64,000 nt of DNA, taken from Eledone cirrhosa (lineage: Eukaryota). The notes beneath the pieces are model-generated. The model saw only the letters and a program-made list of their open reading frames with translations, ran no database searches and was not told where the DNA came from. Shown one piece after another: positions 12,776-23,938 of the stretch. The DNA lies in the NCBI GenBank assembly GCA_964016885.1, contig OZ024742.1, positions 322,338,001 through 322,402,000 on the forward strand, read 5' to 3'. The stretch's first letter is position 1, and each line of letters begins with the position of its first letter. A program made the translations under genes and the position numbers.

Positions 12776-13278
12776 TACCTCATTTTACTAGTCTCAAGAA
12801 CGCGTCTACACGACGTGAGAAAGAATCCCAAAAGGCGGAGGGGGAGATAGTCACGCGATATAACGGTCGAGAAACAGAGCTAAGCCTCTTATAACCCCGA
12901 AGAAAATACCACAGAGGCGGAGGGGGTATTTATATCGAATCCGTAGAAGAGGTGGTGAAGGAGACGAGAAGTATGAGTAATGGCAGCTTTCCAGCAGCCA
13001 CCACACTTCAAAGATTACTCAACCAGAGGGAGTTATTAACAATATATTTAGAAACACACAGATACATGCGGACACACACATATACATGAATGCATCCACA
13101 CCCAACCGTGAGTTAAGGGTGCCAACCTCACCGATGTTGCTCAATGAATGACTGGAACAGACCAATCCGGTTGAACCAGACTGAACCAGTATCAGAGTTA
13201 AAAATACATTATGAAGAGAGAAGAAACATTTAGATATAATTAGTAATAAAATGTATCATACCCAAAGTGCTCCTAGAT

Positions 13279-13368
13279 TCCTCGACTACGTAGTTTCGTG
13301 GCATAAACAAAAACAATACATCATAAAGATATAGAGTCCCTGCGAGGTCTGCCGACTTATCAAGAGGA
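13279..13368 (-). ncRNA. Type I hammerhead, U3-A8 variant (family A), unit 2
   Basis: Same core and stems as unit 1, 593 bp away. Confidence 0.8.
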
Positions 13369-13949
13369 TACCTCATTTTACTAGTCTCAAGAACGCGTCT
13401 ACACGACGTGAGAAAGAATCCCAAAAGGCGGAGGGGGAGATAGTCACGCGATATAACGGTCGAGAAACAGAGCTAAGCCTCTTATAACCCCGAAGAAAAT
13501 ACCACAGAGGCGGAAGGGGTATTTATATCGAATCCGTAGAAGAGGTGGTGAAGGGGGCGAGAAGTATGAGTAATGGCAGCTTTCCAGCAGCCACCACACT
13601 TCAAAGATTACTCAACCAGAGGGAGTTATTAACAATATATTTAGAAACACACAGATACATGCGGACACACACATATACATGAATGCATCCACACCCAACC
13701 GTGAGTTAAGGGTGCCAACCTCACCAATGTTGCTCAATGAATGACTGGGACAGACCAATCCGGTTGAACCAGACTGAACCAGTATCAGAGTTAAAAATAC
13801 ATTATGAAGAGAGAAGAAACATTTAGATATAATTAGTAATAAAATGTATCATACCCAAAATGCTCCTAGATTCCTCGACTACGTAGTTTCGTGGCATAAA
13901 CAAAAACAATACATCATAAAGATATAGAGTCCCTGCGAGTATATATATT

Positions 13950-14230
13950 AACCGCCAATAGATTCAAGCAGCGTCTTTACATGCATACCCATTCTTTTCG
14001 TTACCCTCTAAGAAGGAATATGACGTCACTTTCAGCTTATATCTGGAGTCTAAAAGACACTGGGAGATCCTAGCTAGGGCTAGATCGTATAACGGAATTA
14101 AAAGACCATGTGACATCTGCGCCGCTGAGGTCCTGGAAATACTCTACGCCACAGACCACATCTTAAACAAAAAATCTGAGGCAATTTCGGCTTGTAAACA
14201 TAAATTGCACAAAAGTTTCCTGTATTACAG
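13950..14230 (+). pseudogene. Penelope-like element GIY-YIG endonuclease C-terminal fragment
   Basis: FKQRLYMHTHSF..MTSLSAYIWSLK / WEILARARSYNGIKRPCDICAAE..ILNKKSEAISACKH across a frameshift. Confidence 0.75.
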
Positions 14231-15073
14231 CCCCACATTATACCCTAACGGATAGTACGATCTATACGCGGATATTTTACGTCTTGATGTGGTAGCTAAG
14301 TATATGTTATGTTTATACTATTACTTATTTGCATAGGTAAGTATATATTACCTGTATGTTTTGTGAAGGTACGTATACTTTCTCGTACGTATATTTTATT
14401 GTATATGTTATGGCGTATATTTTATATATTCTGGTACATATGCTTTTGGTTATGTGTATACGTGAGTTTTGCGTCTGTGTGAGTATGCGGGTTCGTACGT
14501 ATGTAGGGTATGTGTATTGTGTACTTCGTGTTTTGGTTGACGTACGTCTCCGAACATTTGTGTATTTACATGTAGGTATGTGTGTGCGCTTGTTATATAC
14601 GTATTTATTTATTTATATACGTTTATTTAATTGTTTGTATACACGCATACACACACACACATATTTATATGTGCGTGTATTTGTATACCTATGGCGAGTG
14701 TTTTCGCGTATGCTTGTGTATGTACGTATATGGATGCGTGTATGTATTTATTTAATTTCAATTAATTCTGTATTTTATTTACTTTATTCTTAACTCTGAA
14801 GCCGAGAATCATTCGGTTTCCTAGTTAGAATTTTAGTTTACGACTTCAGTTATACCATTTACGTGGTTTTGTCTTTGCGTGCAGTTGTTCTCCACGCTCA
14901 ACATATGACATATTATCTTCATTTTTTCCGTTCATTGCCAGAGAACGTCTCTATGAACCACCTAAGAGAATATTAGTCTACGACTTCTTTTATACCATAA
15001 ACGTGGGTTTGTCTTTGCGTGTAATTGTTTTTCACCGCTCCAAATAATGACGTATTATATTCGTTTTTTCCCG

Positions 15074-15250
15074 ATTGGCAGTATCGGTAGAGGGTCAGAC
15101 GCCATGCTTTGATGCATAGAGTTACGGTCCTTGCCATTCTGAGTTCAAATCCCGCCGAGGTTAACTTTGCCTTTCATCCTTACGGGGTCGATAAATAAAG
15201 TACCAGTAATGCACTGGGTAATTGCTGGCCTTGTGCCTAAAGTAGAAACA
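15074..15250 (+). mobile_element. tRNA-derived SINE with 20-bp target-site duplication
   Basis: B-box gagttcaaatcc; attatattcgttttttcccg at 15054-15073 and 15251-15270. Confidence 0.85.
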
Positions 15251-15536
15251 ATTATATTCGTTTTTTCCCGTTCTTTGCCAGGGAACGTTTCCACCAACCA
15301 AAGTATCGTCTTCCTGTCTTCCTCCGGTTGCAACGTTTTTTGAAATATTCACTTCTGCGTTCACAGATTGACTTTGTTAGTTTCAGAAGATCCCGTTAAG
15401 AGTGAAAGCAGCGATTCTTTGCTTAAACTTTAATCTGTTATTTTAATAAATATTTGCTCTACGGTTCTTATATATTTGATATATATTTATCCTTATCGAG
15501 CCCTCTTTGGATTTTAGTCTTCAATTTTATTATTAT

Positions 15537-15606
<70 letters not shown>

Positions 15607-15794
15607 GTGGAACACTGGAAGGTAATATCCGTAGTTGTAGAGCACTCAGTCCAAGGGACGAGTTAGGTAGAAGTGGTTATGGTGTCGGTATGGTGAACTA
15701 ACTGTTGTGTAACCACTTATATATATATATATATATATATAATACCTAATAAATTCCTTTTTTAAAAAAAGCACTTTCATTTTATATTCATCTT

Positions 15795-15894
<100 letters not shown>

Positions 15895-16109
15895 ATGTAT
15901 ATATATGTATGTGTGTGTGTGTATGCATGTATATATGTGTGTATGGGTATGTATGTGTACGTGTATATATATATGTGTATGTGTATATACACGTGCGCGT
16001 ATGTATAGAGCTTTTTGTTTTTGTGTTTGTATGTATGTATATATGTGTGTGTATACCCTCTTTTTTATGTGTGTGTGTGTGTATTTGTGTGTACATATTT
16101 GAGTGTTCA

Positions 16110-16216
16110 TTTTCCTGACATTTGTACATTATTCTATGTACTATACATGCACCTTTGATGAGTTGTAGTGCACCTGAGCACTGTACACAATAATTTCATT
16201 ATTATTATTATTATTA
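16110..16216 (+). mobile_element. Orphan CR1 3' end
   Basis: Matches reverse complement of ~21000-21090, including gtgc-acctga-gcac hairpin and (ATT)n tail. Confidence 0.8.
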
Positions 16217-16470
16217 TATATATTTGTGTATATGTATGTATTTATGTGCCTGTTCGTATTTCCATGTAGACGCAAATACGCTTATGTGAGAAAGTATACG
16301 TCTACCTACTATTACGTATATGCACGTAAGTGTATGTATGTTTATGTTCTGGATATTTATTTATATATATTTTTTCCCCTAATTCCTTTTGCCCGCTTTT
16401 TCAGCCTCATTTTCATATCTCCTAAATTTTGTTTTCAAATCCATATTTAATAAAAACACCATGTTATTTA

Positions 16471-16531
16471 TTCATTCTGGCGACTGAAGACAGACATAAC
16501 ATCTGCCTTCTAGAAACCACTGGTAAATGAA
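16471..16531 (+). ncRNA. Family C hammerhead, core mutated (CTGGCGA)
   Basis: Perfect stem I ttcatt/aatgaa; GAAA ccactgg TA. Confidence 0.6.
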
Positions 16532-17464
16532 ATAATTATCTTATGTTGTTTATTACATAACTATAACTATATATACACACACAATTCGTCTGACTTGATT
16601 AATTAATTTCTTTTATTTTATTTTTTAATATTTTATTTTAATTTTTTAAACTTCTTTTTTTTTTAGAATACAAACACGGAGCGGTTTTTCAGTGGAAGTA
16701 TATATGCACACCTGCTGGCTTTGGGCTCTGTTCTACATAGACATACATTCCGCCTGGCATTTATTCCCTTTCAATATTTCAATGAAATCGATCAGTCAAA
16801 CTAGTATGATAATCGATCCATCGATTAATAGTTTCCAAATTTAGAAATCTTGACAACATTTAATTTTGAGGAAGTACCAGGACAGGAGTGGACTGGACTA
16901 AGTCAAATGGAGAAATTAACGAACGTTTAAAACAAAACTTACGTACATACATATATATACATACATACGTACATACACATTCACATACATATATATATAT
17001 ATGTGTGTGTGGATAATGATATCTAGTAACCATAATACAATATACATGCATACAATTGCATGTGACTGCATATGAATACATCATATACGCACACATTTAT
17101 ATATTAGTGCAGGTCATACAATAACATACATATACAATAACATGCATTACATATATCCATAACATACATATATACACACATATACATCATCTCTGTTTTA
17201 TAAAAAAAAATTTAAAAAAATAAAAAAACAAGAGGGAGAATGCAAAAAACCCCACATATTTTACCTCGTATATATATATTCGTTCCATTTTTCTGACCGA
17301 ATATTTAATAATAATTAAAATAATCATAACGAAGGGAACGAAGAAGAAAAAAATATAAAGTAAAAGAAATAAAGAAACAATGTTCATCGCCGATTTTCGT
17401 GAGACCAATTTAACCATGTGAGTAATGAATTTATTTATATATGATGTAATAATTATTTCTACAT

Positions 17465-17672
17465 TTGACACAAGGCCAGCAATTTTGAGGGAGGGAAAAG
17501 TCGATTAAATTGACCTCAGTACATTACTGGTGCTTTATTTTATCGACCCCTTAAGGATGAAAGGCAAAGCTAACCTCGGTGGGATTTGAACTCAGAACGT
17601 AAAGGGCCGTAACTCTATGTTGCGAAGCATATTGTCCGACGCTCTACCGATACTGCCAATCCACCTCCCTCA
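17465..17672 (-). mobile_element. tRNA-derived SINE
   Basis: Reverse complement of the 15074 family (ggatttgaactcag). Confidence 0.8.
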
Positions 17673-18969
17673 ATAACGGCAATCTTGCCGAAACGTGCGT
17701 ATTTAAAAATAAAACTTGTCGCGAGGATACAATGAGTTGCGCAAAGTGCTAGAAATAGCAGCCGAAGTTGATGGTCGATGTTGAGAATGCGTTGACCTGG
17801 AAGGGTCAAGAGGCCAGCGACCAATGAAATAAGCATTCTGAATAAATGCGCAGTTTTCAACGGCAAATTTACGTAGTAAATTTTTAAACCGGCAAATAGG
17901 AGAATATAGCTTAAGGCTGAAGAATCCTTGGCGAGAAACGTTATCTCTGGCGTGCGGCTATCTCTGTGAGTCGAGAATTTGTGCTGCCTACACGTGCCAA
18001 TACAAGGTTGAAAACATAATATTTCTAACGCGCGAGAAAATGATAGTGCAAGTGTGAAAGTGACAATGATGAAAAGGAAAGGCTTCACTCGGCATAATTA
18101 TTGGTGTGAACTTTTGGAAAAAAAAAACTTGAACGATGAAGAAAACGATGAAAAAAAAGGCAATGGTTCATCGAAAATAAATGTTCCTGTTGAAATGTTT
18201 TTTAAAGAATATCAAATTTCTTTTTTTTTTTTTGTTTTGAAAGTGTTCGTTGTAAGAAACGAGAAACATATATATATATCGTGAAATGTTTTTTTTTTTT
18301 TGTTTTGTTTTGTTTTTTTTTTGTTTTTTTTTTTGTTTTGAAAGTGTTCGTTGTAAGAAACGAGAAACATATATATATCGTGAAATGCGACAGTTAGTTG
18401 ATGTGTGAGAGAAAAAGTCTGTCTGAACGCGAATTCCACATGTGCGTGTGTCCGTTTCTTTGAGTATTTTCATAGTTTGTCGATAAATTTGCTGTGTATT
18501 CGTAATGTTACCCACACAACTCCAGAATCTGCTATCTTTTTCTTTTTTCGGGGTGACCACTTATAGCGATGAACGGCTGCGTGTTCGTATCACGTCAGGG
18601 TTACCAATGTCGCGAGAGTACTTGGGTTGTATGAATGTAACAAGAAATACATTGTTTGTGTGTATAATATTTAATTAACAATGGTAGATAGTATAGTTGA
18701 CATGTCAAAGAAATAGATGATAGAATGAAACAAAGTTAGTCGTTACCGTTTTGATTGCCAGGCAAACGCGGCTGGCAGAGGATGCCTGGCTAAGGCCAGG
18801 CGCCGGAAGGCCAAATGAGAGGCTCTTGACCTGGTGCCGAAAGGGCAATGAGAGAGTGAGAACTTAAAGTTGTTAGTTTTATAGGGTTCTGACCGGAAGT
18901 TACAGAAAGGGTTCTACTTCCCGTCTAGATGTTAATCCAAACAAGGGAGACAACCGCTACAAACTAATA

Positions 18970-20265
18970 ATAATTGAGCCCCAGTGTTTTTTTTATACTT
19001 ATGAATTACTTGTTGGTTCCTAAGTTATTGCATTTTCTCAGAGTTAGTCCTTCTTGTAGATTCTCGTCGACTCTCGAATGCTTGGTCAAAGTCAGACTCT
19101 CTCAAGACTATTTCGACCAGGCTGCTTGCCCAAACGGTTTGGAGGTCTCAGTCTGCGTCAATGCTCGTCACTGTCTCTTCCATGTTTTCTTTCCTCCATC
19201 CACTCTTGCTCCCCTTGGTAGGTAACATCTTCTCCTTTCCAACATGGACCAGTTCAAAAAGGGAAATGGGTGAAACTCTACTACAGTGGAGGGAGCTAGG
19301 TTTGTCAGTTCCTGATACAGATGAGGATAAACTAAAGCAAAGAGTATGGGACAATCTACGTTCGAGTGATACCTTCAACTCTCTCTTTGATCAATCTGAT
19401 CAATTTTCAACATGTCACCTACTTTCCGCCAGCACAAAATTCTCGGGGCACTGGGCTGATGCCCTGCCTATGGCCAACATTGGTGATTTCGATGAGCTCC
19501 GCATTTCCATTACAACCAGAGTGGGAGCCGATGTCGGGGGGGGGGGGACTGAGATATCGCAGTGGTAAGCCCAATGATTCTATGGGTCTTCGTGGTTTGT
19601 CTTGCCGTCTGAATGATGGTTGCTTCGCTCATCACACCGAACTAAACCTGATCATTAAGTGGGCCCTAGCTCGGGTAAATATCCCTTCAGTTCCAGAGAC
19701 AGCTGAATTATTCAGAATTGATGGGAAGAGACCAGATGATCTTACCCTTTGTCCCTGGATAAAAGGTAGATGCCTCACCTAGGACACCACAGTCAGTGAC
19801 TCTTTCTTTCCCTCCCACATCCTGGATGCTGCAGTAAATTTACTGCAGCACTCAGGATGGAATAAAATTTTAAAGTACCGGGCCTTATCAGTAAACTATT
19901 TCTTCCAGTCGTCCGAGAGGGGCTGGGTCGCTGCCAGCGAAATTCTTGTGATCGTTGGCGGCTCGCCTTACTGAGATGTCAGGTGATATTCGTGAGGGTA
20001 CTTGGTTGTTTCAGCACCTTAGCCTCGCCATCAGCCGCGGTATTGCTGCGAACTTGTTTGCTTGCCTCAAAAAGAATTAGAGGGAGGTTCCGAAGCCACT
20101 TGTGGTGTATGATCGATTGACGCACTTAGTGTTGAATTGATGTTTGTTTTTTTCGCATTGATTGTATATTTTTGTGTATTATAAGGTTCCATGAATTCTA
20201 TTTTTATGTGAAACATCATGATTGTAATGTATTTTCTTTCAAAGTTTTATTCACTGTTGTATAAA
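18970..20265 (+). mobile_element. Decayed CRE-clade non-LTR retrotransposon, 3' part
   Basis: GLSCRLNDGCFAHHTELN..PETAELFRIDGKRPDDLTLCPW and downstream WLFQHLSLAISRG; multiple frameshifts. Confidence 0.8.
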
Positions 20266-21109
20266 AAGAAATATAATAATACAATGCTTACAGAACGAAA
20301 GCACAAATAGTGAGAAGCAATCGTAATGGGGAAGGTAAAAAATTAACTCCGTAATGGGGAAGGTAAGAAGTAAATCACCGCTAGGAGTAAGTTTTGTTTT
20401 AGTGTCGATACTTTTAAATTAAAGAGATGTTATAATGATAATCTTGCTGAATACGTGCGTATTCAAATATGAAACTAACAATAATCGGGAAGTATAAAAC
20501 ATTAACTTATCTTCTTTTATATATATATTTATATTGATTTATGTGTATGTCCTTCCATCTTGGCTATTTCCTCATAACTTTTTAGATGTTGATTACGGTT
20601 ATGTTAATAACCGCAGAAATTATTGGGAGTTGTTTGTGACTTTAAAACGAAATATTACCAAAGAAAAAAATTTTTAAAGTCAATAAAAGAAATATCCACG
20701 ATAAAATGAAACATTTATTTCTATAATTTAAGAAAATCAAGTTATTTTTTCACATTCCCCCATTATCGTTAATTTATTTTTAAATACGTACGTAATCGGC
20801 AAGATTACACACACAGATATATATAAACTGACATTGCCCTTTTGTTGATGTTTCGTTTTGGTATACGAAGCAACAGACACATGGATTTAAAATAAAACTG
20901 AATGAAACATTATTAGCACCTTAGGCAATGTTCTTTCTTTCCTGGGACCGTTATATATATGCGTGTGTGAGTGGAGAGAGAAAAGAGGGAGATTTATATA
21001 ATAATAATAATAATGAAATTATTGTGTAAAGTGCTCAGGTGCACTACAACTCGTCAATATAGTACATAGAATAATACACAAATGTCAGGGAAGTACATGT
21101 GTGTATGTG

Positions 21110-23938
21110 TTAGCTGTTCTGTTGGCGGATCTCGGGAAGCATGGAGGCCTTGAAGGATGCAGTGTCTCGACAGCTAACAACTGATGCAGGTAGTTTGTTC
21201 CATGCTTCAGCAACTCTGAGCGTGAAAAAATGTTTCCGAAAGTCATGGGAACTGTGCTGTTTTCTTACTTTGTGGGCATGTCCACGTGTGTTAGACACAT
21301 GGAAATCGAAAAGGTACTCAGGGTTGTTGTTGGCAACATGGTTAACAATTTTGTGGGTGTTTACCAAGTCAGTTGCCAGGCGTCGGAGCTTCAATGAATC
21401 CATGCCCAGGGAAGCAAGGCGCTCAGAGTATGGTAGATGCCTGATGGAGGGTATTCGCTTGGTTGCACGTTTCTGAACAGTTTCCAGGCGGTCAATGTCC
21501 TGAGCAAGATAGGGGTTCCAGACTGGTGATGCAAATTCTAAGTGTGATCGCACCATAGCTGTATACAGCCTTAAATAGATATCTGGAGAGCGGCTGACAA
21601 AGGTCTTGCTGAGTGATGCTAAGACACCCTCGGCCCTCTTGACAATTTTAGAGACGTGCCTCGTCCAACGCAAATCGCTGCTGACCGTAATGCCCAGGTC
21701 ACGTTCACAGGAAGACTTCTTGATATTAGTGCTGTGGAGGGAGTATGTGGACGCTGGGTTTTTACTCCCAAAATGCATGGTGGTGCACTTGTCCACAGCT
21801 AGCTTGAGTTGCCAGTCTGAGATCCACTGTTGCATTGCGTCCAGGTCAGACTGCAAGCAAGATCTATAATGTTCAGGATATGTCCTTTTTATCTCAAGGT
21901 ACAGCTTGATGTCGTCTGCGTACTTTAGTACTGTGGCATTCCTTAAGTTGGCATCTATGTCATTAATATATGCCACAAACAAAAGGGGGCCAAGAACAGA
22001 TCCCTGTGGTACACCAGATGCCATCTCAAATGGTGAGGAATGCTGTCCCAGAACCGTGACTACCTCTCTTCGACTGAGAATGAAGGACTTCAACCAGTTA
22101 AAAAGATCATCCTTCACACCCATTGCAGAGAGTTTTGCCATAAGCCTTTTGTGTGGCACAGAATTGAAGGCCTTCGCAAAGTCAAGGTAAACAACATCCA
22201 CCCATGAGCCGCCATCAGTGATCCGGGTGATGTCCTCAAGAAACTCTATAAGTTGATCACAGCAGCTGGAGTTGGGGATAAATCCAAATTGCGAGGGCCG
22301 GATAAGACTGTGAGAGCTCCAGAAGTTCCAAAGTGTTTCTCTGACACAGGATTCCATCAGTTTAGCGATGCAACTAGTAAGACTGACTGGACGATAGTTC
22401 ACAGGTGATGTGCGGTCACCCTTTTTGAACAGAGGAATGACACTGGCAGTTTTCCACTGTTCTGGAGTAGCACTGTTGTTCAGACAGAATTGGAAGAAGC
22501 GTGATAACTGGTGTAGAAGGAAGTACCCACCACGTTTAAGAAGCAGGTACGTAACACCATCAAGACCAGGAGAGGCATGGTTGCGTTTATTTTTTAGGTG
22601 ACGTCGCAGCATTGCAGGTGTAAATTCCATGGTTGTAATAGAGTCCAGTGTCATAGGTGGTGGAGATGGTACACTCTGGTCTTCAATAGTGAAAATGCCT
22701 GCATAGCATTCAGCAATGAGCTCTGCGCATTCCTTGGGGTCGTCAGTAACCTGGCTTGTGTGAGGATTGCGAAGAGGACCAACTGGAGAGTGAGGCCTCT
22801 GCTTTGAGTGAACATACTTCCAGAACACCTTACTGTCAGGGCTGGTTGCTATGCGCTGCTCAAATTGAAGCACTGCCTTTTTTGTCACCTGTTTGAGGTG
22901 GTTGGACGATCTATTTCGCCTCTTCCTATTAATGTCTGATTTGTGAAGTTTGTACTCACGTTCAGCATTGCGCCGTTCTTTTCTGGCAAGACGGACTGCT
23001 GCAGTCTCCCAAATTGCGCTTTTGGGATGTTTTTTCCGCTTACGTGGCACCGATGCTGCACATGCTGTCCATATTGAGCTCAGGATGTTCTGGAGTACAG
23101 TGTTGACATCTCCAGAGTCGTAGAACTCAAGCCAGTTTGGCCGTTGCAACTCGGTGCAGTAACAGTTCCAGTCTGCTTTATTCCAGTCAAAGTGAGCAGT
23201 TTGGAGATGGCTGTGGTTCTTGTTACTGCCCATGAGGGATAGATTGGCAATGATCATAGCATGATCAGAGTCACCTAAAGGTTCCTCAGCAGTAACACTA
23301 ATGACCGTTTCAGGAGTAGTGGTGAAGAGTAGGTCCAAAGTGTTGTCACCTCTCGTTGGGGAGGTGACCACCTGGGACCAACTCGAGTCCAGCACCAGCT
23401 CAAGGAAGTCATTTGCACTTGGCGGCCAACGAAAGGTCTCCCAGTCAATCTCAGGGTGATTGAAGTCACCTGCAATGAAAACATAAGTGGCTGTCTTCCT
23501 GGCAGCAGCTCTGAGGATATCACAAAGTTGAGTGTCCTGATGGTAATTTGGGGGACGGTAAACGACTCCAAGTAGCAGTGTTGACATGGTCATACGTATA
23601 TCGCAGAAAAAAACTTCCTGCTGTGATTGGTTCAAATCAGCACAAGGAATTGCCGACAGATTTGACCGAACGTAGACCATTACACCACCACCACCACGAT
23701 TAATACGGTCTTTACGAAACAGGTTGTAGCCAGTCATGCTGAAAACCCCATCACAGAGTAAGGGATGTGCCCAAGTTTCCGTGACTGTAATGAAGTCCGG
23801 GTTGATACTTTTGACGTAGGAGTAAAAAAGATGAATCTTATTGCATAGACTACGTGCATTCAAGGACAACAATTTGTACTTTGATTCCAGTCTATGATTA
23901 TGTGCAGGGGATGGCAGGTTGTTCTGATTTAGTTTCCC
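21110..23938 (-). CDS. CR1 ORF2: AP endonuclease + reverse transcriptase, uninterrupted, no AUG start
   Basis: LNARSL, VTETW, GDFN, TLDL, SDH (APE); YRPVSLTS, YLDFAKAF, GVPQGSVLGP, YADD, DLG (RT); CR1-type C-terminus NTRGH..FF..RV..WN.LP. Confidence 0.95.
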   Translation of the reverse strand, partial: GKLNQNNLPSPAHNHRLESKYKLLSLNARSLCNKIHLFYSYVKSINPDFITVTETWAHPLLCDGVFSMTGYNLFRKDRINRGGGGVMVYVRSNLSAIPCADLNQSQQEVFFCDIRMTMSTLLLGVVYRPPNYHQDTQLCDILRAAARKTATYVFIAGDFNHPEIDWETFRWPPSANDFLELVLDSSWSQVVTSPTRGDNTLDLLFTTTPETVISVTAEEPLGDSDHAMIIANLSLMGSNKNHSHLQTAHFDWNKADWNCYCTELQRPNWLEFYDSGDVNTVLQNILSSIWTACAASVPRKRKKHPKSAIWETAAVRLARKERRNAEREYKLHKSDINRKRRNRSSNHLKQVTKKAVLQFEQRIATSPDSKVFWKYVHSKQRPHSPVGPLRNPHTSQVTDDPKECAELIAECYAGIFTIEDQSVPSPPPMTLDSITTMEFTPAMLRRHLKNKRNHASPGLDGVTYLLLKRGGYFLLHQLSRFFQFCLNNSATPEQWKTASVIPLFKKGDRTSPVNYRPVSLTSCIAKLMESCVRETLWNFWSSHSLIRPSQFGFIPNSSCCDQLIEFLEDITRITDGGSWVDVVYLDFAKAFNSVPHKRLMAKLSAMGVKDDLFNWLKSFILSRREVVTVLGQHSSPFEMASGVPQGSVLGPLLFVAYINDIDANLRNATVLKYADDIKLYLEIKRTYPEHYRSCLQSDLDAMQQWISDWQLKLAVDKCTTMHFGSKNPASTYSLHSTNIKKSSCERDLGITVSSDLRWTRHVSKIVKRAEGVLASLSKTFVSRSPDIYLRLYTAMVRSHLEFASPVWNPYLAQDIDRLETVQKRATKRIPSIRHLPYSERLASLGMDSLKLRRLATDLVNTHKIVNHVANNNPEYLFDFHVSNTRGHAHKVRKQHSSHDFRKHFFTLRVAEAWNKLPASVVSCRDTASFKASMLPEIRQQNS

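Larger units (their letters stand above)
12453..13939 (-). repeat. 593-bp tandem repeat, ~2.5 near-identical units, TA-flanked
   Basis: Equivalent positions 12691, 13284, 13877. Confidence 0.95.

Noticed and set aside
14790-14852. Hammerhead-like motifs on the minus strand here and at 15280-15335
   Set aside because: Core mutated and stem I cannot be paired
15074-15250. tRNA gene
   Set aside because: B-box only, no cloverleaf; dispersed copies and a TSD show it is a SINE
18637-18961. TGTA...TACA segment as a solo LTR
   Set aside because: No target-site duplication and no second copy in the window
21141-22807. Plus-strand ORFs within the CR1
   Set aside because: Antisense shadows of ORF2
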